A stretch of DNA of 63,528 bases, counting the filler, from Bigelowiella natans CCMP2755 (taxonomy: Eukaryota; Protista; Cercozoa): NCBI GenBank assembly GCA_000320545.1. It is 4 parts of 4 records of this genome, joined end to end, with 100 filler letters (N's around TTAATTAATTAA, not from the genome) between each part and the next. Parts side by side here need not be neighbours in the genome. Positions count along the whole stretch, not along the records: positions 25,205 to 48,739 come from ADNK01000811.1; 3 more parts are not named here. One strand, written 5' to 3'. How positions within the stretch are numbered: the first letter of the stretch is position 1; every line of letters begins with the position of its first letter. The position numbers were made by a program, and so were the translations under genes. Below, piece by piece: positions 30,540-43,920 of this stretch. The notes beneath the pieces are model-generated. The model ran no database searches. It saw only the letters and a program-made list of their open reading frames with translations, and had not been told where the DNA came from.

Positions 30540-33500
30540 GATCACATCGTGATTCGTTAGACAAGAGGACTTGAAATCCGCACAGAAGAAGGTAGGCCCA
30601 AATAGAACGGTTTAAGGCGTAGAAGTAGCCGTTTCATAAGCACATTATTTTTCTCATAACCGCACAAACACAAACACAAACATACACACAAGCACTATCT
30701 TTCTCTATATCCTTCTCCTAATTTATCTGAGCTCTACAAAGTTATTTATATTTGAATCATTGTATTTGTTCTGTTTAGACTCACACCCGCATAACTTATG
30801 CAAATACATATTTACGTATATATATATATATATATATGTGTATTACATACGTAAATATGTCAACCACGTTAAAATCACGCGATCTTTTATAGTGGAATTA
30901 ATTTTGTAGTCTTGTAAAGCATATCATCTTAAGGTCGCAACTTCACTCATTTTCATGTCTCGATTACACTCTTGTCCAACAGCAAGAAGAGAGCCATGGG
31001 ACATTTGGGATGATCGTAGGCAATTTAGTGAAGAGGATATTTGAAATCGATACCACATTGAAGAGTTTAAGGAGCAGGGACAGGGAGATGCATGAATTGA
31101 AATCGATGAATTCCAATTTGAATGAGTTTCAGCCTTGTCTTTTAGAGTCAAAACAACGTAAAACAACCAACTCGAAGAATAAGCAAATTGAGGCTCTAGT
31201 GATTTCAAAAGATGCAGTATTTAAACGCGTTGCACAACATAGAAAAATACTTCTAGGGCGGAACACGACTCGCTCAAGCGATAAGATCGTACGATCAAGG
31301 CAATATCTAAGGGAGGTCATAAAACAACGAGATAAGAAGTTCCAGGAATCAGTGCCGAAACTCGAAAATGTGGTAAAAAATTTGAATGCAGTGCTAGTGG
31401 AGGTGGAAAACTTTGAACAGGCATCGGAGACTATCTGCACAAAGTTTGAAGCTAGACTGAGAACTTGTTGTAAGAGCATGACAGTGAAAAAGTCGGCCGA
31501 CAAAATCAGTAGCAACGAGGAGGAGAAATCGATCGAAGAGTTAATCACATCACATCTCTCTTCAACCAGTGACGATGCCGTCATTGAGGGTGGCGTGCAA
31601 TCGCTTGATGCTATTCAGGCGCCTGTGCATAATTTCGAGAACAAAAAGAAACTTTTTGAGGCAGCTGTCAAATCCGAGTGCCATTTAGTAACCAAATGTA
31701 TCTCAGCATCGGAAGCAATCTCGTCTTCCAACAGAATCTCCAATGACAGCCAAAATGAGGATTCCAAATCAGAACTCGGTAAACTGTCGAAGACTCCATC
31801 TGAAAGCAAGTTGACAATGACTGCTATTATGACCTCGCAGTCTAGGCTCAAGGAAGCAACAAAGCACCGACTCTCCGTCTCAAGTGCACTGAAAGAAGAG
31901 ATTTTGGCGATTGAACTGAAAATTCCATTCATCACTCATGGCATATTGAGTAAATTACATGCCTGGTCTAAAAATATTGCACGGTTCCGCACATTGTATG
32001 GCAGAAGCTTCATTTCAAAACTACGAAGACAATTGTCCCAGGACATTGAAGAAATCAAGAGCGAACTCCAGCTGATTCGGGAACTACAACAAATGAAATC
32101 ACTTTACAAAGAAAAGCACGAAAAAGACTTTGAGGACCATTTAAGAAACATAAAGAAACTGAAAGAAGAACGGGACGCAATTAGAAATGAAATTAGGAGA
32201 GCAGAAGACGACTTCGACGATGAAGAGACGATTTCTAAACTTGGGCAAGAACTCCAAGAGATAAACAAACGCTTGCGGGAATATAGAAGCGGACGGCAAT
32301 CTAGAAAGGTTCGAACGCAATTCCAGCGCATCTGCTGCAAACTACCAGAATATAGTCTGAGACGTTACGCAGAGGAACTGGACCCATTATACGGAACAGC
32401 CGCAAAAGATGTTGCTGTTTTCACAGATGTCGATTACGTGGATGACATTGATGATCCGATCACTATTGCAGGCAGCCATGCGGATGTAAAGGTGTCCGCA
32501 AAGCTTCGCATACAAGAAAATGGAAACCGTGTCAAGTGTATTCTAAAAACCTTCGACACTTCTCACGGGAAGAACTTTCAAAGCTTCAGAAGAGCGGTGC
32601 ACGTGCTTACTAGGGTAGCCCATCCGAACATAGTTGCTCTTCAAGGCGTGTGTAAAAGTGACAACAACACTTGGAAGGTTGAACTGCCAAGATACAGAGG
32701 AACTCTTAAAACGTGGGCGTTGGAGGAAAAGAAACGGATGATGAACAGAGACAAAGAGACATCCGGACGTGACGGGAACGACGGAGATATGAATGTTAAG
32801 CAGGGCGCTGCCATGAAAAGAAGTCATCAAGAGGAGTGGGAAGTATCCTGTGCAAAGATGCTGCGAGGTGTGCTTGAGGGGATATATGCGCTACACCAGT
32901 CCAACATCATACATCGGGATTTGAAACCTGATAACATATTAATCGGCCCCCCTCGTGGTTGCAAAGCATCTCTCCGAAAGCGTCCGTACCCGGCGCTAGC
33001 TGATTTTCAAACATGCAAGGTAGAATAATGATGTAAAGTAAACAGTGGCAATTATGGTCCCAATCGTGCGCTAATATCCAACGCCTTTTAATCCTAGGGG
33101 GGGGGGAGGGAGTTTGGGCTTCGGGAGCGGGCTCGGGATTAGGTTCAACCAAATAGACTTACATTTTTGACTTCATGGTGCGTATGTCTCCTTTAGGTAG
33201 ATAGCCCGACAATGGATACTGTTGCAACCACCAGATTCGTCGGAAGCTTAGGGTATACTGACCCTAAAGCCCATGTCGATGGTGTCACCAAAGCATCAGA
33301 CATGTATTCATTCGGAGTCATCGTTGGAGAGCTTCTCACTGGAAAAAGATTGAGGTCGCCAGCGGAAGTATTACGGACAAGTGGACTTGATGATGACCAG
33401 AAATCATTACTGAGGTGTTAAACAAACGACCCTGTGCTCTGTGTACATTCTAAGACAGTTTTTGCATTTGAAAAAATAAACTATTTTAATTAACTCCTTG

Positions 33501-34740
33501 CTGATTTGCTGGAATTAGGGGAGTCTTCCCAAATTATGAAACAAACACTATCAAAAGACAGTTACGAGGAAAGCTATGAGCACACATTGTTGTACATTCG
33601 CTGTTAGCTCGATAACCAACGGCGTTCCTAAATATGTTTAGATCGCTTCTTGATCCCGAACCTTCCAAAAGAATGACTGCCATCCAAGCACTTCAGAATC
33701 CTTTCATGATGACTGGACCAGCCATGATGCGGCAATGTTGCATCTGTTGGGACGACGAAAAGTCTTTTAGCGAAGGAGTTTCATGTTCAGGACCCGGTCG
33801 TCACTTTTACTGTGATGGATGTTTCGACAAGATGGTTAACGATCAGGCGAGAGAAAGCCTAGCTGATAAAATGAAACGAAATGGGAGAATTCTGTGTTGT
33901 ATGGATGCGTTCAAAGAACCGTTGTACATCATCAATCGCCGCCCAGATGGAAAAGAGATTAAAACAAAAGTGAAATGCCGTTCGTTGCCGTTTTCTGATC
34001 TGGTCGTCGCAATGCACACCAAACCGGGGACTTTTGATGTCTACGTGAAATCGAGAGAAGATTTGTCTGTTGAGAAGGATCAGATGAGAAGAAACGCAGA
34101 GTATCGAGATGACGTAAAAAGAGAGGCTGAGGCCTTGATTCAACTCAACGAGCAACAGAGACGGATTCGAGAGGCTAAGGACCACATATTCACTCGCATT
34201 CTTCCGTGTGTGGGCGATGTACGGACAAAGGAAAGCCTTTGCAATCTCTGTCCCCAATGCGGGACACCGTTCCAGCACTTTGAAGCTTGCTTCAAGATTA
34301 CGTGCCGACACTGCAAGCGCCCCATCTGCGCGTGGTGCATCAACATATGCGAGACGTCAGACCCACACACACACGTAAGAAATTGCAGGTTCAACCTTGA
34401 AAACCGAAACGTGTTTTCAACGGAGGTAAAATACGAGCGATCGAACAGCAACCGTAGACACCAGCAACTCCTATCCTTTTTGAATAATCAAGCAAATGAA
34501 GTTGCTATCGGTGTAGTACAAGATGTCAAAGATGATCTTAAGACTCTCGGATTTGCAAATGTAGTCGCCAGATTTCTTAACAACGGTAGGGCAAACGGTA
34601 GTAGCAGCGGCGATGGCATCCTCAACATGGCCGAAGAGTATCAGGTTGCCCTGCAGCTACAAGAAAGGCGTTTGGATAACGGTGGCCACGCTCATGAGGT
34701 TTGGGGTGATCTGCATTTTGAGGCGGATGGCATTGCGTAG
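28904..34740 (+). CDS. Ankyrin repeats - coiled coil - Ser/Thr kinase - RING/Rcat (RBR-like) E3 ligase fusion, multi-exon
   Basis: ANK exons at 28904-29000, 29318-29416, 29734-29832 and from 30150. Kinase motifs CILK, HPNIV, IIHRDLKPDNILI, DFQ, GSLGYTDP, SDMYSFGV and KRMTAIQAL. RING CCICWD...C...HFYCDGC. Rcat-like LCPQC...ACFKITCRHCKRPICAWC...HTHVRNC. The joins between 30380 and 30983 are uncertain. Confidence 0.8.
28955..30149 (+). repeat. Tandem 416-bp exon+intron units (99-nt ankyrin exon + 317-nt intron)
   Basis: Introns 29001-29317 and 29417-29733 align without gaps. Intron 29833-30149 shares the 5' third. Exons 2 and 3 are near-identical, 33-aa, phase 1-1 units. Confidence 0.92.
30247..30377 (+). 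repeat. Coding 54-bp tandem repeat (EKKARQEAEEVERRRREA x ~2.4), charged helix
   Basis: Units begin at 30247, 30301 and 30355. Confidence 0.85.
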
Positions 34741-36062
34741 CAACATGTTTTAGAAAACGTTTGCCTGGTGTATAACGTTGTGACAAGCATCACATGACAA
34801 TGCACGCTAGAACATGCTCATCCGGATGGTGCACACTTGCTTGACACTGCTACTAACTAATGTAGTGATCATTGCCGTTCGGCCCAGTTAGTTCGGTCAA
34901 CTTGTGGTGCAATGATCTTTGGGTGCCGTCAAATGTGAGCGAATACAACACCATTGGCACGAGCGGTGCGCGACAAATTGTTCAACATTGGCACGTGCCT
35001 GTTCACTGATTTCATCATGCACTGTGGTAAAGTTTGCTAACAATGCTAATGGCAGAATGTGCGGCAGTGCAAGCATGCCAATAGGGCAATAAGATGTAGC
35101 GCACATGCACCCATCTAGCCATTCTTGCATGACAGTTGCGCTGCACCGGCCAAGCGTTTGTCATCCACAAATTGCGACGTGCAGTTGGCTTCATGCATGC
35201 ACACAGCTAGCGCATTGCACAGATGAGCATCATGAGTCGTTTCTAAATCCAACCATGCATCAGCTAATCGTGTCTAATTTCATCATTTTCTCCTGTCAAG
35301 ACGATCACAAATGAGCAAATCACAATGCATGGTGAGCACATCGGCATGACACAGGGCCATGCTGGCGTGGTTGTCAATATCGGGACTCGTCGCATCTGCA
35401 AACGCACCCTGATCAAGAATTGCTCACTTAGCATCGTCCAGCTGATCCACATCAATCTAGCAATCTGCTCAGCTAGTTAGCTTCAGCATGCATTCTGGCA
35501 TTCTTCCCACATCCGAGCCTGTGCAGATGCAGGATCGGACTGTCATCATTGTCAGTTGCATCAATGCTCTTTGTCTCGCCAGTGCTAGAGTGGAAGAATC
35601 ACTCGCTTCAACCATCCTTGCAACTGCTGCAGAAGTTCTAGATGCAGCATGATGTGTGCAACATGCATCCTGTTGCTGTGTCTGTCATTGGTTTTTGGAA
35701 GTAGATGAGTTTCTGCTGCATGCACCCTGCATGGGCGGAACAACGTGCAAGTGCACTTCTTTTGGTGCCGCAGCCGTTGATTTGAGCCATGTGTGCACAT
35801 TCTTCAGACGCGTTTGCTGATCAGGATGAAAACAGCGAACAGTCATGATTGCATGGCATGATGAATGGCTAGATATGGACTCGGCGGGCACATTGTAGCT
35901 ACAAAACAGCACTGCTAGACTGTGACAGCGAACATGGTAGATGTGCATACACATGCATGTACATGTACATTTGATATCATAGCGCTGGTAATATTGATGC
36001 AGATAATTATTTTAAACATGCTTCCCGCTGCCGGTTGCGCTGCGCGCCGCCGAATTCAGAAT

Positions 36063-38605
36063 TTAGAAGTCGTCATCATCGGACTCCTCGTCCTCATCCA
36101 AGTCCTCCTCCTCGGGGTCCTTTGGCGCTTGCAGTTTCTTAAATTCGTCCTTGAGCTGTTTGTAGTAGGACTTGAGCGCCCCGCTCTTGTGCTCCGGCAG
36201 CTTGAGCCAGCCTTCGATCTGCTGGCAGATGTTCTTTTGCTGGAAATAGAAGTGGTGGCGCACCACGTCCTCGAAGCCGAGGGGCGGGTTCTTCAGCATG
36301 TCGAGCATGGCCCACTGCACGGTTGCGACCTCGCGGATGGCGTTGTACTGTCGCGACTTGGCCATGCCGCTGGACGAGTTCATGGAAGTCTCGTAGCCGG
36401 GCTCGTTGAAGTAGGGGTGCTCGATGAAGATCAGAGACTGGATGGAAACGCACACTTGCAGGAAGGTCGACTGCTTCGGCTGCCACATCTCCTCCGGTGA
36501 GCCCGACCACGTCCCCAGCAGGCTCAGGCACACCTTGCCGCAGTTGTAGAGGTTCGGGTTGAACCGCACCGACGCGCGCCCAGTGGTCATCAGGTTGAGT
36601 TTGGGCGGTACGCTCGGGTACTGGGGGGGGAAGTACACGTCGAAGAGAAACAGCCCGTAGCCGTAAGGCGTGCTCGGCGGCGCGGCGATCATCATCTTGG
36701 CGTGGCCCATGCTTTTTGAGCAGCACCGGAAGAAGACCGACGAGTTGGGGTTCAGCGGTAGCGACTTAGATAGCCCGACGAACTCAGCGGCCAGCCGGTT
36801 TGTCCACGCTGCAGAGACGGAGGACGAGGAGGACGAGGAGGAGGAGGAGGATGCCATCGCGCCCCCCTTGCTGCCCTTGCGGTAGTGGTGGGTCTTAAAC
36901 TCGCCGATCTCGCCGAAGAGGGAGCGCTTGAGGACGGAGACGTACGATTTCTCGTCCACCCAGCCGTATACCTTGGATTTGTGCAGGGCGCTGGGGATGA
37001 GCTTCTTGTGGTGCTCCATCATCGTCCCTCCGCCGCCCTTGCTGTCCCCCCCCGCTTGCTGATCCGTGCCCCGTGTGTTCCCGGTGTTGCCTTCGCTCTC
37101 CTCCTCTTTCTTCTTCCTCTCAGCCTCCTTCTTGAGCTTCAGTAAGGTACGGAGGTGCTTCTTAACCGAGGCGGTGACGACCTTGTGCAGGGCCACAATC
37201 TTCTCGAACAGGGCCTTCATCCTCGCCGACGTCTTGGAGCCGGCGAACTTCAGCATCATTGTCCGCGCTGTTCTTCTGCTCCGAGAGCACGTCGCGGAGC
37301 GTCGTCTCTGCCGTCGAGCCGGCGCCCAGCGCAGTAGCATTACTGCTATCCTTGCCTTCGTTTGCCGGCAAGAAGAGGAAGGTGAGCTGGGGGCGGTCGG
37401 CCATTGCATTGATCACGTCCAGGGCCACGTCAAACTTGTCGAGGTCCTTCTGTATATCGAGCGCGGAGGTCTGCTTGAGCAGGGCGATGAGCCACGGCAA
37501 CACGGAGCTCTCCGCCAGCGCGTTGATGAAGTCGGGGTCCAGCGTCTCGGCCGTGAGCTGTGTGCGGACGGAGCTCATGATGGCCAGCACCTCGGCGTTC
37601 TTCTTGCGCTCGCGCTCCTCGTGCTCGCGCTTCATCCTGCGGATCTTGGCCGTGTCCTTGTGGTTGCTGCCGTGCCCGTAGCCCGTCCCCGCGGCCCAGT
37701 ACCTCCTGCTCCCCGTCGCTCGCGACGCCTTGCTGGCGCTCGCCTTGCGCGCTTCGTGGCGCTTAAACTGCTGGTAGGCCTCCTTGTACTTGTTCACCCG
37801 CCTCGCGCGCTTGGTGTTGAGCGACGTCTCTGCTGCCGCATCGGTGCTGGTCGTCGGCGTCTTCACGCCCTCCTCCATATCGCCGCCCCTTCCCGTATCG
37901 TCCTTATCGACGCCTCGGGGGGGGATGCCGGTGATGAGCCAGAGCCGCACCAGGTTGAACTCGAGGGCGTTGTAGGGGGGCTTGTTGTCGCTGCCGACTG
38001 TGCCATACATCATCGTGAGCTGCTGCACGTAGTCGAGCATCTGCCCCACCTCGTTGCCCAGACCCCAGCCCCCCGCATCCTTATTGGACGCGGAGGAGGA
38101 GGAGGAGGAAGCCGCGGCGGCGTCGCTCTTCTGCTTGATCTCCAGCAGCTCGTTCTGGCCCTTGAGCTCTTTTTTGATCCACCCGCAGAAGGGCGAGAGG
38201 CCGTAGTAGTAGTAGTGGTACTCGGTAAGCGCCGTCTGCAGCTCCATGCTCCCCACGCCGCACACGCTGGACCCGCATAGCACGTACAGCGCCTCGAGGG
38301 CCTTACGCATTCCGTCCGCGTATATGACCGAGTCGTCCCAATCACCTCCAAAGCTGCGCGTGCCCGCCGTGCCGGCGAGCGGTTTCAGGCGCTGCACCAG
38401 GCCGTTGAGGCCCTCCAGCCCTTCCCGGAGGTACGTCTTAACGGCGTGGGACCACTTCTGGATCGGCTCTGCCGCGCCTATCTTCCCCTCGTCCCTTTTC
38501 TTCCTGCGCTGCTTTCCCTCCCCCCCCACCCCTCCCCTTTCGTCTTCCTCTTCGCCACTGCCATCGGTTGTCTCTGCGATGAGCTGTCGCAGGAGGAATA
38601 TCACC

Positions 38606-38637
<32 letters not shown>

Positions 38638-39567
38638 GTGGTGGCAAATACCCCCACGGAGGGGGGGCCACTTTGGGGGGGGGGGGGGGAGAGAGAGAGA
38701 GGCTATCGTTAGGACAAACGGCAAAGCGGGGAACATGCACGCCCACCCACATACACGCGCACATGGGTACACGCGCGAAAGTCTATACACGCACCAACCT
38801 CCATGGCCACGGGGATTGAAGAGGCTAGCTGCGAGTGCGGGATGATACTGATCTCATATGGCGCCCACAAGACGTTGGAAATGAGGGTCCCCAGCACGCG
38901 AACGAGGCGGGAGCCTGCCGGCGATGATGCCGGCGACGATGAAGAAGATGACGGAGAAGACGACTGCGTCATATCCTCACCTGAACTCCCCGTCTCCATC
39001 ACCTCATCGAAGGCCTCAGGGGGCACGAACCGCAACATGCGTTGAAGCAGCCGCACGATGACCAGCTGGACCTGCGGAAGGGGGGGGGGGGGGGGAGGTT
39101 ACGTGATATTTGCAAAGGAGCGCGGTTGGGAGGGGGGGAAAGGGAGGGGGGGGAAGGGGAGGGGGGGGGGGGAGCAAGCCGATGATACCTTCGGAGAGCC
39201 CGCGAGCAACATGCCTATAAGATTGGCCAGGGTGGATGCAGGCGGATTGAGATCCTTTAGGTAGTTTTCGTAGCGATCTTGGTCCGCCTTGAGCATCATC
39301 ACAGTCTCGTAGAACTCCTTGCGCTCTTTCTCCGTCAGCGACATCACAAAGTTGAAGTCGTCGTACCCGGCGTTGTGGAAGGCCTCGGAGTAGCGGACCA
39401 GCCCGGCGCCCTCGAGGAGCTCCTGGAGGGTCCTCGGCTTCTTCACACGCCTACTGATGGTTTTTGGTTGACTGCTGTGTGTTTGTGCTACATGGCTTCA
39501 TTGCCCGTGATTATTTGAATAAATCATGCGGGGTCCAGACCCCCTTCCTCCTCCTCCTCCTCCTAGT

Positions 39568-39610
<43 letters not shown>

Positions 39611-40449
39611 CGCGCACACGCACACACGCGCGCACGCACACAACGCACAACAAACTACCACTAGATCTTTCTACTTGGCATACCTGTGCCTTGACGCCGG
39701 CACGAGCTGCCCGGGCGGGAGCCACTTGAAGAGGCCCAGGAGGACGGAGGCGTAGTGGTCGTTGAAGTCCACCACGCCGCAGGTGTCGAGCCACATCACC
39801 TTGTTTGACGACACGGTGTACCACGGCGCTTCATAGCCCACGACGCCATTCTGCCACATGATCGGCATCACCTCCCCCCCCCCGTCGTTCCACACGGGCT
39901 GCGATAGCAGGCGCGTGCTGTCGACCTGTCCGTTGACGAACAAGCTGGCCTTCTTGCTCTCCACCAGGAAGGCGACGTGCATCATCCCCCCCTCCAGCTC
40001 GTACTCGCGCGCCCCGCCGACTCGCTGCTGTACCACGTAGTTGTGGTGGGGGGCCGAGTGGTGGTGGTGGAGACTGGCCCCCCCGGTCGAGACCAGCGCA
40101 TGTACGCGAAACTTCCCGGCAGAGCTGCCAGGGAGCAGCGAGAGGCGTGGCAGCCATCGATGCTCGTGGTTGTTGGGCTGATAGGCGTAGTTGGCCTTTT
40201 CCGTACCGCGGTAGGCTAGGAGGAGCTCCCGGTTGCTGCCAGAGTCGATTCGCAGCTTGGAGGTATCGATCCAGAGGGAGAGGGACGGGCTGGCGGAGGA
40301 GGAAGCGGAGGAAGAGCAGAGGGCGCCGGTTTCGGCTGCCGCCTTCACCTGATGGGTTTGATTGATCGATTGGATTGGTGGTTTGATTTGATTGGCTGAT
40401 TGGGATTCGACAAGCAAGTCACGATCCACGACCATGGCTTGTTCGGCAA

Positions 40450-40500
<51 letters not shown>

Positions 40501-41034
40501 ACCAGCAGCCGCAGCACCAACAGCAGCAACAAGAATACATAACACATAATATGGCGATGATAACGACCACGCGTAAACCACCACCCACCACCCACCACCA
40601 CCTCACTATTTTTATGCTCTGCTGCAACCTCGGCCGGCAGTTGGGCTGGGGGGGCGCGTTTGGTGGTGGAGGCGGGAACAACGATCGGTGCCCCGCTGAG
40701 AAGCTTGTCTACGGCGTGCTGCACGTTCCCCGACGTGGCCTTCAAGGCGCGCAGGTTCAATGCGATGTCAACGAAACCCATGTAGTTGAGCTGCATCAGC
40801 TCCTCCTCGTATTTCACCTAATAGCGACGATGCCGACGACAAACGATCAGGCTGATGACGATGATATGATGAGAGCTGGTGATGATGGTTCATCAACGCC
40901 AATTTCGTTGGTCGTCGTCGTCTTCTTCTTCTTCTTCATCATCATCATCATTAATGCTGTTCTTAACTTATTATAATCACCCGCCTTCGTGTGTTCTGCT
41001 GCTGCTCCCACCACATAAAATGACACATTCTCCG

Positions 41035-41066
<32 letters not shown>

Positions 41067-41562
41067 CTGGTCTTTGGCCTGGTCGATCTTCTTTATGTTT
41101 GCCCGTTTCTTCTCTTGCAGCCGCAATTTCTCCTTGCCGTCGGCGACGACGGTGGGGGAGAGGCGGGTCAGCTCTGAGATCACAAACCTGACGATGTTGG
41201 CCTCCTCCTGCCGCCCCGCGTCCTCTTGCGCAGCAACCATTGCTACCCAGATGCGGTACACCTCAAACGCAGTGGCCTCAAACATCACGCGCTCCCGCAG
41301 GGAGCTGAAGGTGCCTAAATATTGTCATGCGTCGAGGTTTGGTTGGGTTGTCCATTCGCCCGGCCTTTCTCGGCCGCCAAACGCACAGCTCCTACTACCC
41401 GTGATTTTACAAGCAAAAGAACCCTCCACCCCCACCCCTCCCCACCTCCCCCCTTTCCCTGTCCCATATTTTTTTAATTCGTTTGCATGTGGTTCTTTGG
41501 AGCCGTGTGGACGATGATTATAATGATAATAACGATAATGATAATAATGATGATGATGATAT

Positions 41563-41603
<41 letters not shown>

Positions 41604-41792
41604 GGGGGGGGGGAGAAAGAGACAGAGAGCCGGGACCTGTGAGCGGCAGCTTGGCAGCTGGCAGCACACTATTCCTCAGCGTATCCTGCAGGATGGCAAC
41701 GACACCGCTGGACTTCATCTCCTTGATGCCCATGAAGCTCCTAGCCATCAACGACGTCCAGATCTTCATCGCGAGGAGCCTAGGGCAATGAT

Positions 41793-41833
<41 letters not shown>

Positions 41834-42676
41834 CAGGAGGAGTGAGACACCGCCACTACCATTATTTCTACCACTAACATCGGAAGCCTATCAGCCGACT
41901 AGACCGACAGCGTACACTTACCGTTCCGTCGCCCCGAGTGACGCCTTGGCCAATATCTGCGTGACGCTGAGCATCATGGCGGAGAGCTCCTTGCCGATGC
42001 TCTCCTTCGCCCCCCCCTCAAGCCCCGCAAGGAGCCCACCCTCGAGTGACACGAGGAGGCAGCGCAGCAGCCCACGCTGCATCGCCGAGGAGAGATCTCC
42101 AGCCTTGAGCAGGTTGGCTATCTTGGCCTGAAGGCCTTCGCTTGCGCCGAGCAGCGCTGGCCTCCCTCGCGCTCCCCCACCCCCTTTGCTGTCGCCATCG
42201 CGCCGGCTCACGAGTCCCTCGATGCTCGCTTTCGTCACCGCAGGGGTTCCGACTGTTTGGAAGAGATATCTCTTGAGCTCCTTGGACTCAGCCGCAGTGA
42301 GCGTAGCGGCCCACACATCGGTGAGGCGCTGGCCGTCCTCCTCGCGCGACTTAGTGGACGTCTCCAGCATTTGTCGGAGCTTGATCAGAGCCGCCACCCG
42401 CTGCTTGGAGTCCACGGGCGTGGCCGTCAGCATCTGGCTTATGACTTCGCAGAGAGACGTTCCGAGCAGCGCCTGCAGCTGTCCTAGCCAGGGAGCTGGA
42501 CCCCAGGGGAGCGACACCACCTCGTCGTCGATGAACAATTCATTCTCGCCGAAGGGAGAAGAAGAAGGCGAAGATGATGATGACGATGCTGCTCGGGAAG
42601 GAGGGGGAGAAAAAGGAGGAAGAAGGGGAGGAGAGACGGGACGGAGGGATTAGAGATGACAAAGCTCTCTCCCCCC

Positions 42677-42723
<47 letters not shown>

Positions 42724-43680
42724 TCTCCGCCTCTCCCCCTCTCAATTAGATTCATTCATTGATTGATTCACGAATTAGTTTGAAATCCGTGAGGAAGATC
42801 TACGAATGACGTATGTGTGCATTGGGGATCAAATGCGAACTACTCGTTCATCCGCTTGTTAGATTTGATGTGCATAAATACCTCCTGCAGCGTCGCTATT
42901 GCCCTTTTCAGAATCAGCGGCGGCGGCGGCGGCGTCCTCTTCCTCCTCTTTGCCGTCGTCCTTCTTCTCGGGCCGCCTCGGGGTGTCGATGATCGACAGC
43001 ACGGTCTTTGACTGGTTGATGGAGCAGGCGAGCCGGTAGGAGCCCTTGGGCAGGTTCTCATGTGACACGCCGAGATCCTTGTCGTTCATCTTGAACGACA
43101 GCCTCCGCTTGTCCAGGTCCAAGCACACCGTGATCACGTCGCCGGTCTTCCACGTCTCGCCGTACTTCTTCTCTTCGCTGAGCCTCCCGGTCGCGAGGTA
43201 CGCGAAGCAGCTGCCGTTGCCGCTGTCGGTCATCATGCGCTCCAGGTTGCTATAGTTGGATGTCGCGACGCCGAGCATCGCCTCGATCGACTCAAACTTG
43301 TCCACGCGGACCCTCCACTCGCGGTAGCCCTTCGAGAAGCTCAGGCTACCGAGCGCCGACCCCCACTTGTGCATGCCGATCGTGCCTGGGGTGGGGGGGG
43401 AGGGGAGGGGGGCACCCGGAAGAAGAAGAAGGAGAAGATGATGATGATGATGATGATGATGATGATAACTGATGATGATGAATAACCACAGCGACTGCGA
43501 CGACGACGTACTTGTGATGGTTTTCTTCTTCCTGGCTTTGCCGTCTGCGCCCCCCTTGTCCGAGATCTTTAGATGTGCAGCTTTCTTCTCCCATTGGTCA
43601 CGTGCGTAAAAATCGATGCTCTTTACGGTCCGCGATAACTTTGACCACGCCGCGCATGCTTGCGATTCGCTTTTTGAGGC

Positions 43681-43711
<31 letters not shown>

Positions 43712-43882
43712 GGGGAGAGAGGGAGAGAGGGAGAGGGGAGAAAAGAGAGGGTGAGAGGGGGGAAGGGGGACAAAAAGTGAATAAAGCTTCAGTTCAAACC
43801 CTGTTCAATTCTTTATACAACGACGACGACGACGAAGATATTGATGAAGGATGAGAACCAGGCACACAGTTCATCAACCTTC

Positions 43883-43920
<38 letters not shown>

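Noticed and set aside
37066-38280. 404-aa plus-strand ORF and other long antisense ORFs over 36-48 kb
   Set aside because: Shadow frames of GC3-rich minus-strand coding exons.
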